The position numbers and the translations under genes were made by a program. Shown in pieces: positions 1 through 10,519 of a stretch of 64,000 nucleotides of DNA. How positions within the stretch are numbered: position 1 is the stretch's first letter; the number at the start of each line of letters is the position of its first letter. This stretch comes from Moniliella sp. 'wahieum'. Its lineage: Eukaryota. Location: the NCBI GenBank assembly GCA_003971905.1, contig RSEE01000048.1, positions 124,001 through 188,000 of the forward strand, in the 5' to 3' direction. A model generated the notes under the pieces. That model did no database searches and was not told where the DNA came from. It was given only the letters and a program-made list of their open reading frames with translations.

Positions 1-252
1 TAACTACGGCACCAAGACAGCGGGCAAGTTTTTGCGCATTGGAAGGAGTTGGCTACCAAGTCTCAGTGGAAATGGTTCCTCGCTCGGATGTCAACCACGT
101 TCATCCGTGTCCACACGCGCTTCCTAGGGTACGGGACCGTGGCGAGAGCCGGAGGTCCTGATATCCTGGCGATCCCCCTGGTTCCTTGACCTTAGTGCGC
201 TTCCAAGTAACCCCACAAGATGAACGGTTCGGTTTAGACGTAGCGTTCCCCC

Positions 253-283
253 TGTCCCAGGATTAAGCTCTGTCAATGATATG
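253..283. repeat. Short dispersed repeat; second copy at 44224-44254, in the spacer of the foldback element
   Basis: tgtcccagGAttaagctctgtcaatgaTatg (253-283) vs tgtcccagCCttaagctctgtcaatgaAatg (44224-44254): 28 of 31 identical by eye. Confidence 0.7.
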
Positions 284-805
284 AATTCAAGAAGGGAGAT
301 ACACAGCTCGTAAAGTCAGTCGTGCGAGTAATTTTCAAATAGTCTTGTGCAAATAATATATGAGACTCCAAACCGTGGGGGTGGTGAGAGGTCGTTATAG
401 ACCACAGGGAGCAGGCAACAGTTGTTGGTAGTGTATTGCATTGCACATGAGCTACAGAGAGGCTAGAGAATATTCCTGCCCGCCAGGAAGGAATATTGTA
501 AGGAATGAACCGAAGGTTCCGGACTTGGGCTACCGGCACCACTACACCAGTGTGGCGTCACATGCGTCACAGAGGTACTGCTTACATCACAGCGGTACTC
601 TTTTTGCTATGGAAACCAGTGGCTCTCATTCCATATAACGAAAGAGGCATCGCTAATGAGATGTATGAAGCGACAGAAGTTACGAACCATCATTGCCAAT
701 TCCTCTGCATGTGCTAATGGATTTTGGTCGATGAGGACAGCTTTAGGACATTATCCATCCGCACAGACATATAGAACCCCAATGTTAGATGCACTTCACA
801 GTGTT

Positions 806-2384
806 TTATACACCATCTTGTTCAACCGTGCGGGATTTATTCTCTGTCCGGACAGGGATGCGTGCTCCTTGCTGTGCCAGCTTGCGAGCCAAGGGTGTGG
901 TTGGACACTGACCAGGGAACAGACGGGGCGGGTAGCACTCTGTGTCAAAACCATGAACATGCCTGGTCAGCGTGAAACATAGGGTCATATGATAGCGCGA
1001 AGTGTGTAGAAGGCCATGCCCTTTCAACATGCGAAAGATAATATAGAAGTGAAGAAATCGGAGAGAAGCGTAAAGCGTACCGAACTCGGGAGTGTACATT
1101 GTCGTCACAAGGGGCGACACCCCTTCATAAGCAGACCCGTTATCGTTCAGGGCAGAGAGGGAGAGCAACAGCCTGTATCTTCCCTCCTCACGAACGCTCA
1201 GGTCGGGTAGAATGAAGAAAATGTCGAGATTGTCGTCCACGTCTTGACACAAGTAAGCGGAACTCACGGGGGTGCCCAATAGGTTGCGGATGCGGAAGTG
1301 ATTATGGTTATTATTGCTCGTAGAGTCTGAGACCAAAGGGACGGCAGCATGGCGGGAGGTGTTGCCATCGGGAGCACGTTCATGTTCCCCATCAATCGAA
1401 TTCCTCGGGAGCGTCGTGAGAGCACGCGAGGAAACTCCAACAGAATTGGAGTGCACAACAGAATGGACCCCATCCGTTAGGCCATCATGCCCTCTTGAGC
1501 CTTTGTCATGGGAGGGACACTTATTCTTACTCCCGATTGTTCGGCGTCCGGGGAAGTTTGTGTCCAATCATAGTGCCCATTGATGATGACTCTCTTCTTC
1601 CCGTCTGAATGGTCCATGGTATCATCCACGCAATGATATCAATTGTCAGTGCTACATGTCGACGTGAAGTGATGAACAGCTATTGAGAGAGTGCCTCAAA
1701 CAAGACTTAACATAAGACGTACCTTCTTCGTTTCGTTGTAATGTGAGCAGCGTGGCCGACGTTAGGCGATCTCCATCGACCAGCTCAGCCGACAAGGTCA
1801 AGAAGGACGTGTCGAATTGGCTAATGAAAAAAGTTAGAGTGTGAAGGAAAAAAAGTTAGATAGACCGTGTTCCACACTGTACTGTACCTTGGCTCGATCT
1901 TCATCCGCGTGCTTTCATCGTACATGCACATTCGAACAATGGTAACGGGAGATAGAGGTCGTCGGTCCTGTGTAGAGAAAGAAATTATTGGTTAGGTTAA
2001 TATGCACGACTTGCACTTTACCAGGGACGAGTTGCCTGTCAATTCAACCATAATATAGTTCTTACGATCTCCCCGACTGAGAGTGGACTATACTGAGGGT
2101 GAACCGGAGAGTGTGGAGAATTTGGGTAGGCAGGAGGCACATACCTTTTCACCATAAGCTGCAATACGTCCGCGAATGGGAGACTGCTCGAGGATCAATG
2201 AGATGATACTGGGGAGAGAAATGTAAGAAGTCAATCATAGGGGGCTAAAGTCATGATACAAGTATACCCACAGTCCATTGCATCGCCCCTCAGCGCGAAC
2301 AGCTGAGTCCCTTGGAGGAATAGGAGTCAGACTTAGGCCATCGAGTCGGTTGGTAAATGAAGGGACGTTGGGCAGGTTGGTCAT
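806..2384 (-). CDS. Velvet-domain transcriptional regulator (multi-exon, with internal insertion)
   Basis: Spliced reading gives ILEQSPIRGRIAAYGEK|DRRPLSPVTIVRM (velvet N-terminal motif), RNLLGTPVSSAYLCQDVDDNLDIFFILPDLSVREEGRYRL, and C-terminal CYPPRLFPGQCPTTPLARKLAQQGARIPVR. GT-AG introns are visible (gtgggt, gtatgt, gtacag donors). ATG at 2384. Confidence 0.88.
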
Positions 2385-4226
2385 GAGGATTTGACGTGCC
2401 GATATTGAAGATATTCTTGCCTCAGGGGAAAGAGTGAGGAGCACAAAAGACAACGCTGGTGGTACGGAGACAAAAGACTGAGCTGGTTGTGCGTACGCAA
2501 GTCTTAGGGCTTACTATTAAGCCCCATGGGTTCTCTTCACGCAATTCTAGATTTCACAACACCCCTCTCATCTCTTCCTGAGCTGCGTTGTGGGGGTTAA
2601 CACAAGTCGAAATATGTATGATGCTTCAATGTACCCCTCGCACCCAAATGCTATCCCATGAGTTGGTACACATGCACGAGTGCGTAGTGCTATATATACG
2701 ATCCACAAATTGCCGGCTATATCAGGTACAGCTCCTCGCATGGAACAAAGTGGATCAACCCTTTCCACAGCAGTGCCTATTGCCGCGGTTAGCTATGATA
2801 GCGGGGAGGCAAGTACAGATTTGTCTGTGAGCGCTGTGAGCAATCTCTTGATGGACGTGAGAATAATCGGAAAGTATATGTGAAAAGGCAAGAGCGTCAT
2901 GGGACGGTCAGTAGAAGACGACTCCGTAGTAGCGCAACTGGTGACTCAGGTAGTACTAGACCTCTCTTGTGATCAGATCTTTACCATAGGAACCAACTTC
3001 TTCCGTCGGCTACAAATATAATGCTAATCGGCAAACACAATCCAGCCACGCAATACACCCTTTTCCAATTTGATTTTCGAAGGCTGCATGCGCTTTAAAC
3101 ATATGTGCTCGCACATGAGTAATGTCTTGGAATCACATAGAACCGGTAACCCACACCCCCATCCCCTAACCCCCACCCCCCACCTTCCTTCTCCCTCCCA
3201 CAACCGGGTTTGGGAACTTGCCACAATTGAAAACGATGCCAGAGAGAGGGTTTATCCAATTTATATCCGTGTATCTATACCAATATACCCTCAAGAGTTC
3301 CGCACACTTTTGCATATATCCACAACAGTCCGTCGTTTGGGAAGAGCTCTAGTAGGAACTGCCTGTCTGTATACAGAATGACGACACAGAGTCTCTGTAC
3401 TATGATATAGATTTTAGGATACGATACTACGACGGCTGTGGTCCATAGAGAGTAGCGATGGCAAACTGAAGGATGTGCGCATGAACATTCCGGCCATATT
3501 TTCTTCCTGGCTTACGCTATATTGAGGCTACAACAGGTATACCCACCACTTTTTATGTTGCGAGGGCCTCTGTTCGCGAAGAACCTCTTACGTGTCCCTG
3601 TCGCTTGTGAGTATTCAAATATTCTGCCGGACGACTTGAGCGTGTATTTGTCGCTTCACAGCTTCACTCAAGTTCTGTAAATGTGTTCATCGGTTTCGGT
3701 ATATTAACGACGGTCATCGCTTTTCCTGTGACTGCTTAACGCCGTCGATATATCCGGAGTCCATGCGGGTCGTACTGCTCCACTGTTAGATCTTTGTCGC
3801 TGTGATGGCTCCACTCATTGGTCTCAGCTGCTGGCCTCCATGCTAGTGCGGATAAATATGGCGGTAATGTTTCTCAGAACAGCCTGCGACTCTAGAAGAC
3901 CCCCCGTACGTTGAATGTACCGTAGGCTCAATTTCAAATGAGAGCACTGTGGCCACGGAGGGACTCTAAGCGACTCGGTACTCTCTGATACATCATGATG
4001 CATCATCGGCCACCGATCAGGCAAGCCTCATCAGGCCTCAGGCCTCAGGGGCCTCAGGGCCTCAGATCTCAGACCGCATCGACAAGCCAGCATAAAAAAG
4101 CCTTGGGCATAGTATACGCAGAAGTGATTTGTATATAGTAGTGTTGACTATTAGTACTTAGTGGTTGTGTGCGCGTGTTGTGCTGACTACCGGTACAAGA
4201 TCGACGAACAGTCTAATGGGTAAGAC

Positions 4227-4441
4227 ATGATGAGACCTGGAGTCCTCGAGGGTGATGCAATCGTACTGGTGGCGGTGGTGTGGCAACCAGCAGTGCCTAC
4301 AGAGGAACATCAAGCAGCGAATCGCCATCAGGGGCTAAGCTGCAGGGCAAGGAGATAAACAGGAGAGGGAAAACAGCGGAACTCCTAGGCTTGAGGAACT
4401 GAAGGGATATTGGCCAAAGTACGATGAGCCACCCAGCTCAA
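4227..4441 (-). repeat. Diverged duplicate of the RPB5 5' leader/promoter region (23828-24055)
   Basis: Collinear shared blocks: atgatgagacctggagtcct, gatgcaatcg, agaggaaca, caagcagcga, taagctgcag, aggcttgagga, ggaactgaaggga, ttggccaaag, atgagccaccc. Confidence 0.85.
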
Positions 4442-4904
4442 GAAGAAGATAACCCAGTGGCGAGTTTAATCAGAAAAGTGTTATTGATAAACCAGAACTG
4501 GATCTATGCATCAGGAGGGGATGAAAAGGAGAGGACTGGGCTTAACATATACTCTCAAAAAGAACACGGGATCAGAAAAAAGTTAATAAATGTGGGGAAG
4601 AAGGGCCCCACTTATAACGAACGCATCTTCCATTTTCTTCCCATCTTCTTCGCCTCTAACTGAGATAGAGCCCAACCATTTTATTCCCGCACATGACACG
4701 AAGCCTCCGCCAGTGCGTTTCGACTCGACCTCTCCGACAACTCGTGAAAAAGAGATGCCTACCGCGGCGAATGAGACCGAAAAAAGCTGGGAAAACTGCA
4801 ACGGTGAACGGGAGTGTTGGGGCGATGCCCTAATCACGCCATCCTGCGTGATAGTCATCACCCCTCTTATCCGCCCGGAAGCTTCCTCAGCTCCGCGGTA
4901 CCCT

Positions 4905-5075
4905 CGTCTATATAAGGCCCTACCCTTCTCATAGCCTCCTGTACCTCTCCTCAGAACCACATCCTCCATTCCACTCCTCCTTCAGCAGGTTTGAGCCCAC
5001 TTGCGTGGGGGCGGCGGCTGCTAGCTGACCCCCACCCGCCCGCTGTGCCGCCCTTGAGCCGCAGCACCCGCTGTG
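4905..5075 (+). repeat. Promoter/leader-like segment paralogous to 13490-13770
   Basis: Both have a TATA-like motif (tataag), a pyrimidine tract, the exact 19-mer tcagaaccacatcctccat (4951-4969 and 13565-13583), a cag|gt site, and gcagcacccgc further downstream. Confidence 0.6.
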
Positions 5076-5122
5076 CCGCCACCGAGCCGCAGCGTTCCCC
5101 ATCAACGCGGTCACTCAATCCC

Positions 5123-5210
5123 CCTCCCAGGAGCTGGTCGACCCACCCTCCCAGGAGCTGGTCGACCCACCCTCCCAGGCTGGTCGACCCACCCTCCCAG
5201 GAGCTGGTCG
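5123..5210 (+). repeat. Tandem repeat, about 24-bp unit cctcccaggagctggtcgacccac, about 3.7 copies
   Basis: Seen directly; reads PSQELVDP repeats in one frame, and the third unit is 2 nt short. Confidence 0.9.
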
Positions 5211-6238
5211 CTCCTCCCCTGCGGCAACGCGCCCTGGCCTCAAGACACGCTGGCCGATACAAGACCGCCGCGAAGGCACAAGTCCTTCACACGAGGCACC
5301 GGCTCGGTCCCGGCGCAGACCGCATAGCTAATCGAAATGCTGGTAACAAGGTTCCGGATAGATATGTGAGGACTACGTACAAAATTCAAGGTGGGCAAGG
5401 CTGTGCAAGATTGTGCGCAAGAAATTTCGATTAGCCATGCGCTAAGCCCTTCACCACGAGGCACAAGCCCTTCCAACGTCTTCCTCGCCTCGAGCTTGTT
5501 GCCGCCAGCCGTCAGCGCCTTGCCCTCCGCGACCAGCTACCCTCCCTCGCCAAGGGACAGGGGGTCGACCGTTTTCTCTACCAGCGCCGACGTTTCCGTC
5601 GGGCTGCAATTGGTTCTTCAACAATTTATGGCCCTGCCCCTTGACAAGAATCGCCCCTATATGCGCCTCCCCCCCTACCGACACCCGCCTCCACATGGGG
5701 GGGCTGTCTGCGCGTATGGTGGGGGCTGGCCGCCGCATGGTGGGGCTGCCCAACACTTGTCTATTTTTACCAAGGCCATCTTCCCACCCACCCATCCTCG
5801 TCGGCGGGCCCATGGTCCAGACGGAAGAGCAATGGTATATGGCCTTTCCCTTTCAACTGGCTACGCGCCGTCATGCTGCCGCCTTGTCGCTCCAGCACAT
5901 ACAGGCCAACGCCGCCTTTGGGCCAGCAACGCTCGGTGCACGCCTCGCAAACAAGGCCGCCATCTCACGCTCTTCCCACCGCCCGCCCGAGGTCCCCCCT
6001 GAGGAGGGGGGAGGCAGTCAAGAAGATTTTCCCATCTCGACGACCTTCATTCTGCGACCACGCCTGTTCTCCACACGAGGCTGGTGGGGCTGTTCGACCA
6101 CGGCACCTCTGCCGTGCCGTTCTTCATCGCCTCGTCCGCATCCGGTCGTGGTGGGGAGTCACTATAGTCACGGTGACCTTTGACTGGACCCCTGTGGAGG
6201 CGCGGGGGCTTATGGGAAAATGGTATGCCATTCAATAA
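5123..6238 (+). pseudogene. Possible degraded or frameshifted low-complexity gene with a bZIP-like basic segment
   Basis: Overlapping + strand ORFs downstream of a TATA motif. With one frameshift near 5341 the text reads RIANRNA-VTRFRID, resembling the bZIP NxxAxxRxR motif. No clear leucine zipper. Confidence 0.2.
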
Positions 6239-6947
6239 TATTCAATAGAGGAGTGACTAGTGACTAGTGACTAATAGTGAGAAGCGAGCCTCACTGCGCA
6301 GCTGAGCGGTGGGCTGTTGATAGTGGCGCATAATGGGGATAGAAGAAGACTCACGCGCTCACATGCTTGTGGAAAGAGGCATCTGTCCCCCCTGGAGCAT
6401 AAATAAATAGTATCTTGGCATACGAATAAGGGATTCAGTGTATGAATCCTACCCGTTCCTGTGGCGCCGTATACTAATGTATATGTAGACGGCACGGAGG
6501 CACCCTCTGTGATCCACGCGTTCTGAGACTCCTCAGCGCTATTGAGAGCTGAGCGTTGAGCGCTGAGCGCGCTGACGTCGTCACGATGTTGCGTTTCGAG
6601 GGAAAGGGCATCTAACAGGTATGGCTGATTGTCATGACCGTTAGCGCATTGAACGTTAAACCAACATCCGGGGTTTCACATGTCACAACGTTTTGTTGAG
6701 CTAACGCTCTCAACCCTTCTGCCATGTACCTCTCTATATCTCTTTCACTGTTCACTCACGAATAGCCGTTCACTCACTAGCCATTCACTCTCTATAGTAT
6801 AGCTGCACGGTCGCTAGCCACTATAACAGTAGTTCCATAATTGCGATCGTCATTAGAATCAGTCACGCCCGCCGCCTTCCTGCAATCTCTCCTCTGCCAA
6901 ATCACTTTTCCCTGTATAGAAAAGTGAAGCCCACCCAACATCCATGA

Positions 6948-7259
6948 CTATATTTTGGCACTCAACTTAACGTAGGGACGAAGAAATAGCGTTACTAGGA
7001 TCGCACATCCGGCATGCGCTGGTTTTGCTCGTGCTAAATCCAAATGAAAGGCCAGTGGAGTCGCCAGCAGGCCGGGACCATATGGTTCCCGCCATTCACC
7101 TTCAAAAAGCGAGATGAAGTGCAAATGAACACCAATGCGAAGCGGGGTAGATCTGTGAGCGATGAACGCGTTTGATGAACCGCGTCTCCACTGGTAAGCC
7201 TCCTCCGAGCAGTAAGGCTTTTCAGTCCTCAAACATATTGTGGTCCGTTTTGGCGACAT
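6948..7259 (-). pseudogene. Possible degenerate HMG-box ORF
   Basis: RRGSSNAFIAHRS...ISLFEGEWREP resembles PRPPNAWILYRS...ISVLWKNEP of the intact HMG gene on the same strand; the resemblance is short. Confidence 0.3.
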
Positions 7260-8319
7260 CGTTCCCGTTCACCGTCATATGACCGTCATACCTGGGGGAA
7301 GAATGGCTCGTATGTAAGAATGACGTCCCTGGTATTGGGCCTTAGGTTCTTCTTTCACATTCCGCTTGCTCACAAATAGCTGATATAGCTACTTCCCTCG
7401 GTGTTCCACAAAGGTGCTACTGTCTCCTCGTGTATATCATCTTTTCCGGTCCCAGTATACTACGCGCCTTCTATGTATTATGATTCTGGTGTGTCGATTG
7501 TGTCAACATTTCCCAGTTCCCTAGACAACGGGGAGGTCGTGACGTTGCCAGCCCCTCCTATACCTCGCCCTCCGCGTGCATGAAACGGTGGACCATGCAA
7601 TGAAGAAGAATCTCGGCGGTTATAATGTCATGGGCGAGCCCTGGACCGGAGCCCGATTCATTGTCCAGGGGTGCTTTCTCTTGGAGAAGGACAGACCGCT
7701 CACAGTTGATCGATCCCGAACACTACCGGTCCGATCCAAGCTAAGGCCGCCTGCTCCGCACATGCCCAGTAGAGCGTGCTCCGCAGGCCAACCAAGTGTG
7801 ACGATCATGGTTGGTTAAATTAAGTACCGTGGCCCGAAGGGCCATGCACCTGCGCGACAATAGTCGCCCCCCGCCCAAGTCCAAGTCGAAAGGCCTAAAT
7901 ACCACCGAGCTTCCGGTATCTTTGCGACCGTCGCCTCCGTACCCGCTTCCTTACCACACACCTCTGTCAGCCTTTAGTGAAGGGAGTGCCATAAACAGAA
8001 AGTTCATCCGTCATACTAAAAATAGTCAAGCTATATACTATAACGAAGCGCCGATGTGGGAGAACAAAAAAATCATAAGATGTGGACAATTATTACGGCA
8101 GCATATTGTGAACAAAAACAAAAAAAGAACTAACATAAGAGGGCTCCGCCAAACAGATTAGCAAAACGACGATGGCACTGAGGAGCCCGCATGCAACAAT
8201 GACAGAAAATAGTGTTGTGGAAAGGGCGAGAAAGGAGCGGACGGATGTGGGAGTGGAGAACTAGGGAGACCGTGGACCGGGGGGGGGGCGAAGGAGCGAA
8301 GGAGCAGCGACAAGATTAA

Positions 8320-10013
8320 TCAAACCTGAAAAGGACTGAGGGTACCGACAGAGAAGCGAGTTTTTACGCGTGCAAATTGGGGAACAGAAATGGTGAGGTA
8401 GAGTTGTCTGGGACATGAGTGGCGTGAGGTGGGCTCGTAGACAAGAGGGGCTCGTCCAAACCAACGGGAAGATCCGTAGAGAACGTGACGAGCCCAGCAG
8501 GGTAAGATGCCGAGAACTGGGATTGGATAGGTAGGGTCTTCAGGCTGGACAAGGGGAAATGCTGGTCCGACTGGTCCGTCGAAGATAGCCAATGGAGAAA
8601 AGGATCTGGAAAGATGGAGTCCGTAAAAGGGGACGGGAATGGCTTGGTAGGTGGCAATCCGTGCCAAGACTCGAGTAAGGTCTCCGTTCTCCACCGACCA
8701 GTCGGAGAGAACCGGATTGACGGCGGGGGTCCATGAAGTAACGGAAATTGGGCTGGACAAAGATCCACTGTTATCGACCCCGGAAACGCTCGTGGAAAAG
8801 GTGCTGTTTAGTGATTCGAAGGGCGACGGGACATCCGAGAATGATCCAACAGGGTCCGACAGAGAAATACTGTATGCGTTCGCTTCCACCTCGTAACAAC
8901 TTCCTTTGGACCCAATTACTTGGGGCGTGCACGGAAGCAATGCCATCGGTTGACCAACCCTGGGAATGATGAGTGGCTTGGTAGTAGGGGTACTATGCGC
9001 TTGGAAAGGCAACCCAAAAGGAGGGAATGGATTCGTAAACGTGGGACGGGAGAAGGAGGTGTCTTAATTGCCGGAGGAGGCGGAAAAAGCCAGGCAAGGA
9101 GTGACGGCCATCAGCATACCGAGGAGAATGAAGCCGCGCAGGGGATGACAGTGACAGCGTAGTTGGAGTGCCTGAGTCAATTGTGGTAGGAAAAGTACGG
9201 CGAGCAGAGCGGCGGAGGCTTGTAGAAAATTTGATTGAGGGAGGGAGCGAACCAGAACGGCGCAAATGAACAGTGGAAGCGGGCTCATAGCTGTGAGGGG
9301 CCGTATTAAAGGGAGTAGGGGCCGAAGCATTATGTACGGAGGAGAGTAGTGCGCAGGGCCACTCTCTCGACGGGCGGCAAACTGAATCTTGGTAGCAGGG
9401 GCGGAATGAGGGAAGGGATAGGGGTTTCCACCCAATAAGTCACAAAGTACATGTCCCGAACTTATTGCGTCCACACTAGAGGGCCGTGTCAGGATCGGGT
9501 CCAAGAAGCAATGACGACGCAAGGCGTAAATGCTCCGACTGTTCTCCACAGCACGGCGCCTCGGGCGATACGTGTAGTTCTGCAAAAGCTTTGGTAAGTA
9601 TATTATGGGGATTTTATCGAGGATCAAAAAGATCATGAACACACGGGATAACGTTGCCGATGAAGGGACCGTGCCTTTTCAGCCTTGCGGGCATACTGAT
9701 CCTTCACGCTCTGTGGCTCATTCTTCCACAACACCGAGATCTCGCGCGACATTTCGGCTTGACGATGTCTACTGCTCATAGTTCCTTTTCCCTCAGCCTG
9801 AAGAGAAAAGCGACGCTTAAGTTCTTGACTCTTGTCGGACCGGTACAAGATCCAAGCATTGGGTGGGCGCGGGGCCCAACCATTATTTTCTTCCGAGCCG
9901 GCTGGAGGGGTGGGATGAGACGGGGCCCTGACGATGGTCGGGTGGGTCCCCTGTACGGGCGAACGATCAATTTGGCATGAAAACGGTTGTTGGAGCTCTT
10001 CCGGCATGGTCAT
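8320..10013 (-). CDS. HMG-box transcription factor (MATA_HMG/SOX-TCF type)
   Basis: APRPPNAWILYRSDK...QAEMSREISVLWKNEPQSVKDQYARKAEKARSLHRQRYP|NYTYRPRRR across a gtgtgt...ttgcag intron (about 9581-9644). Ser/Pro-rich frameshifted C-terminus; 3' end approximate. Confidence 0.9.
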
Positions 10014-10385
10014 TGTGCAAAATGGAGGACCATAGAGGTGCTAGAGGGAGGGGCCAGATGGAAACAAAGGTTAGCATATGCGCTTCAAAGCTTGGTCTTA
10101 GAGAGAGCACACGGACTGCGTGGAGAGGTATGGGGTACTGGAGAATTTGACGGAGGAAAGTATTGCAGGATACCGAGCACACAGTGGTTGTGGAAGCGCT
10201 GGGGGACGAGAACCGGGTGAAGTTGGAAGAACGGGTGGAGGGAGGCGTGCGGTGCGGCCTTCAGTGTAAAGAAGGCCAACGTACCGGTTTTAAAAGAGCG
10301 ATGCGAAATGGAGAAGAAAGACGATGATGGGAGACAGATGAGAAAGAGCAGAAGGGGAGTTAGTTGGGCGGATATTAAGAACGAT

Positions 10386-10463
10386 GGAGGAGACCACTGT
10401 TGGGCCTACGGCCCGGTCAGCTGGGGCTTCGCCCCAGCTTGTGGTGCTGCATCGCCACCGTAG
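10386..10463 (-). mobile_element. Solo arm of the 44-kb foldback element (double hairpin)
   Basis: Minus strand reads tacggtggcgatgcagcaccacaagctggggcGAAgccccagctgaccgggccGTAggcccaacagtggtctcctcc, nearly the same as 44428-44507. Confidence 0.85.
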
Positions 10464-10519
10464 TAAGAACGAATGTAAGCACACAGCTGCGCGTCAAAGG
10501 GCAAAGCCATATAAGAGTT

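Noticed and set aside
5123..5210. 24-bp direct repeats as a CRISPR array
   Set aside because: The units are contiguous with no unique spacers, the context is eukaryotic and there are no cas genes.
8320..10013. Calling the HMG gene a mating-type gene or prf1
   Set aside because: The HMG box alone does not give orthology, and I saw no pheromone (CAAX) ORF, STE3 receptor or homeodomain gene in the window.
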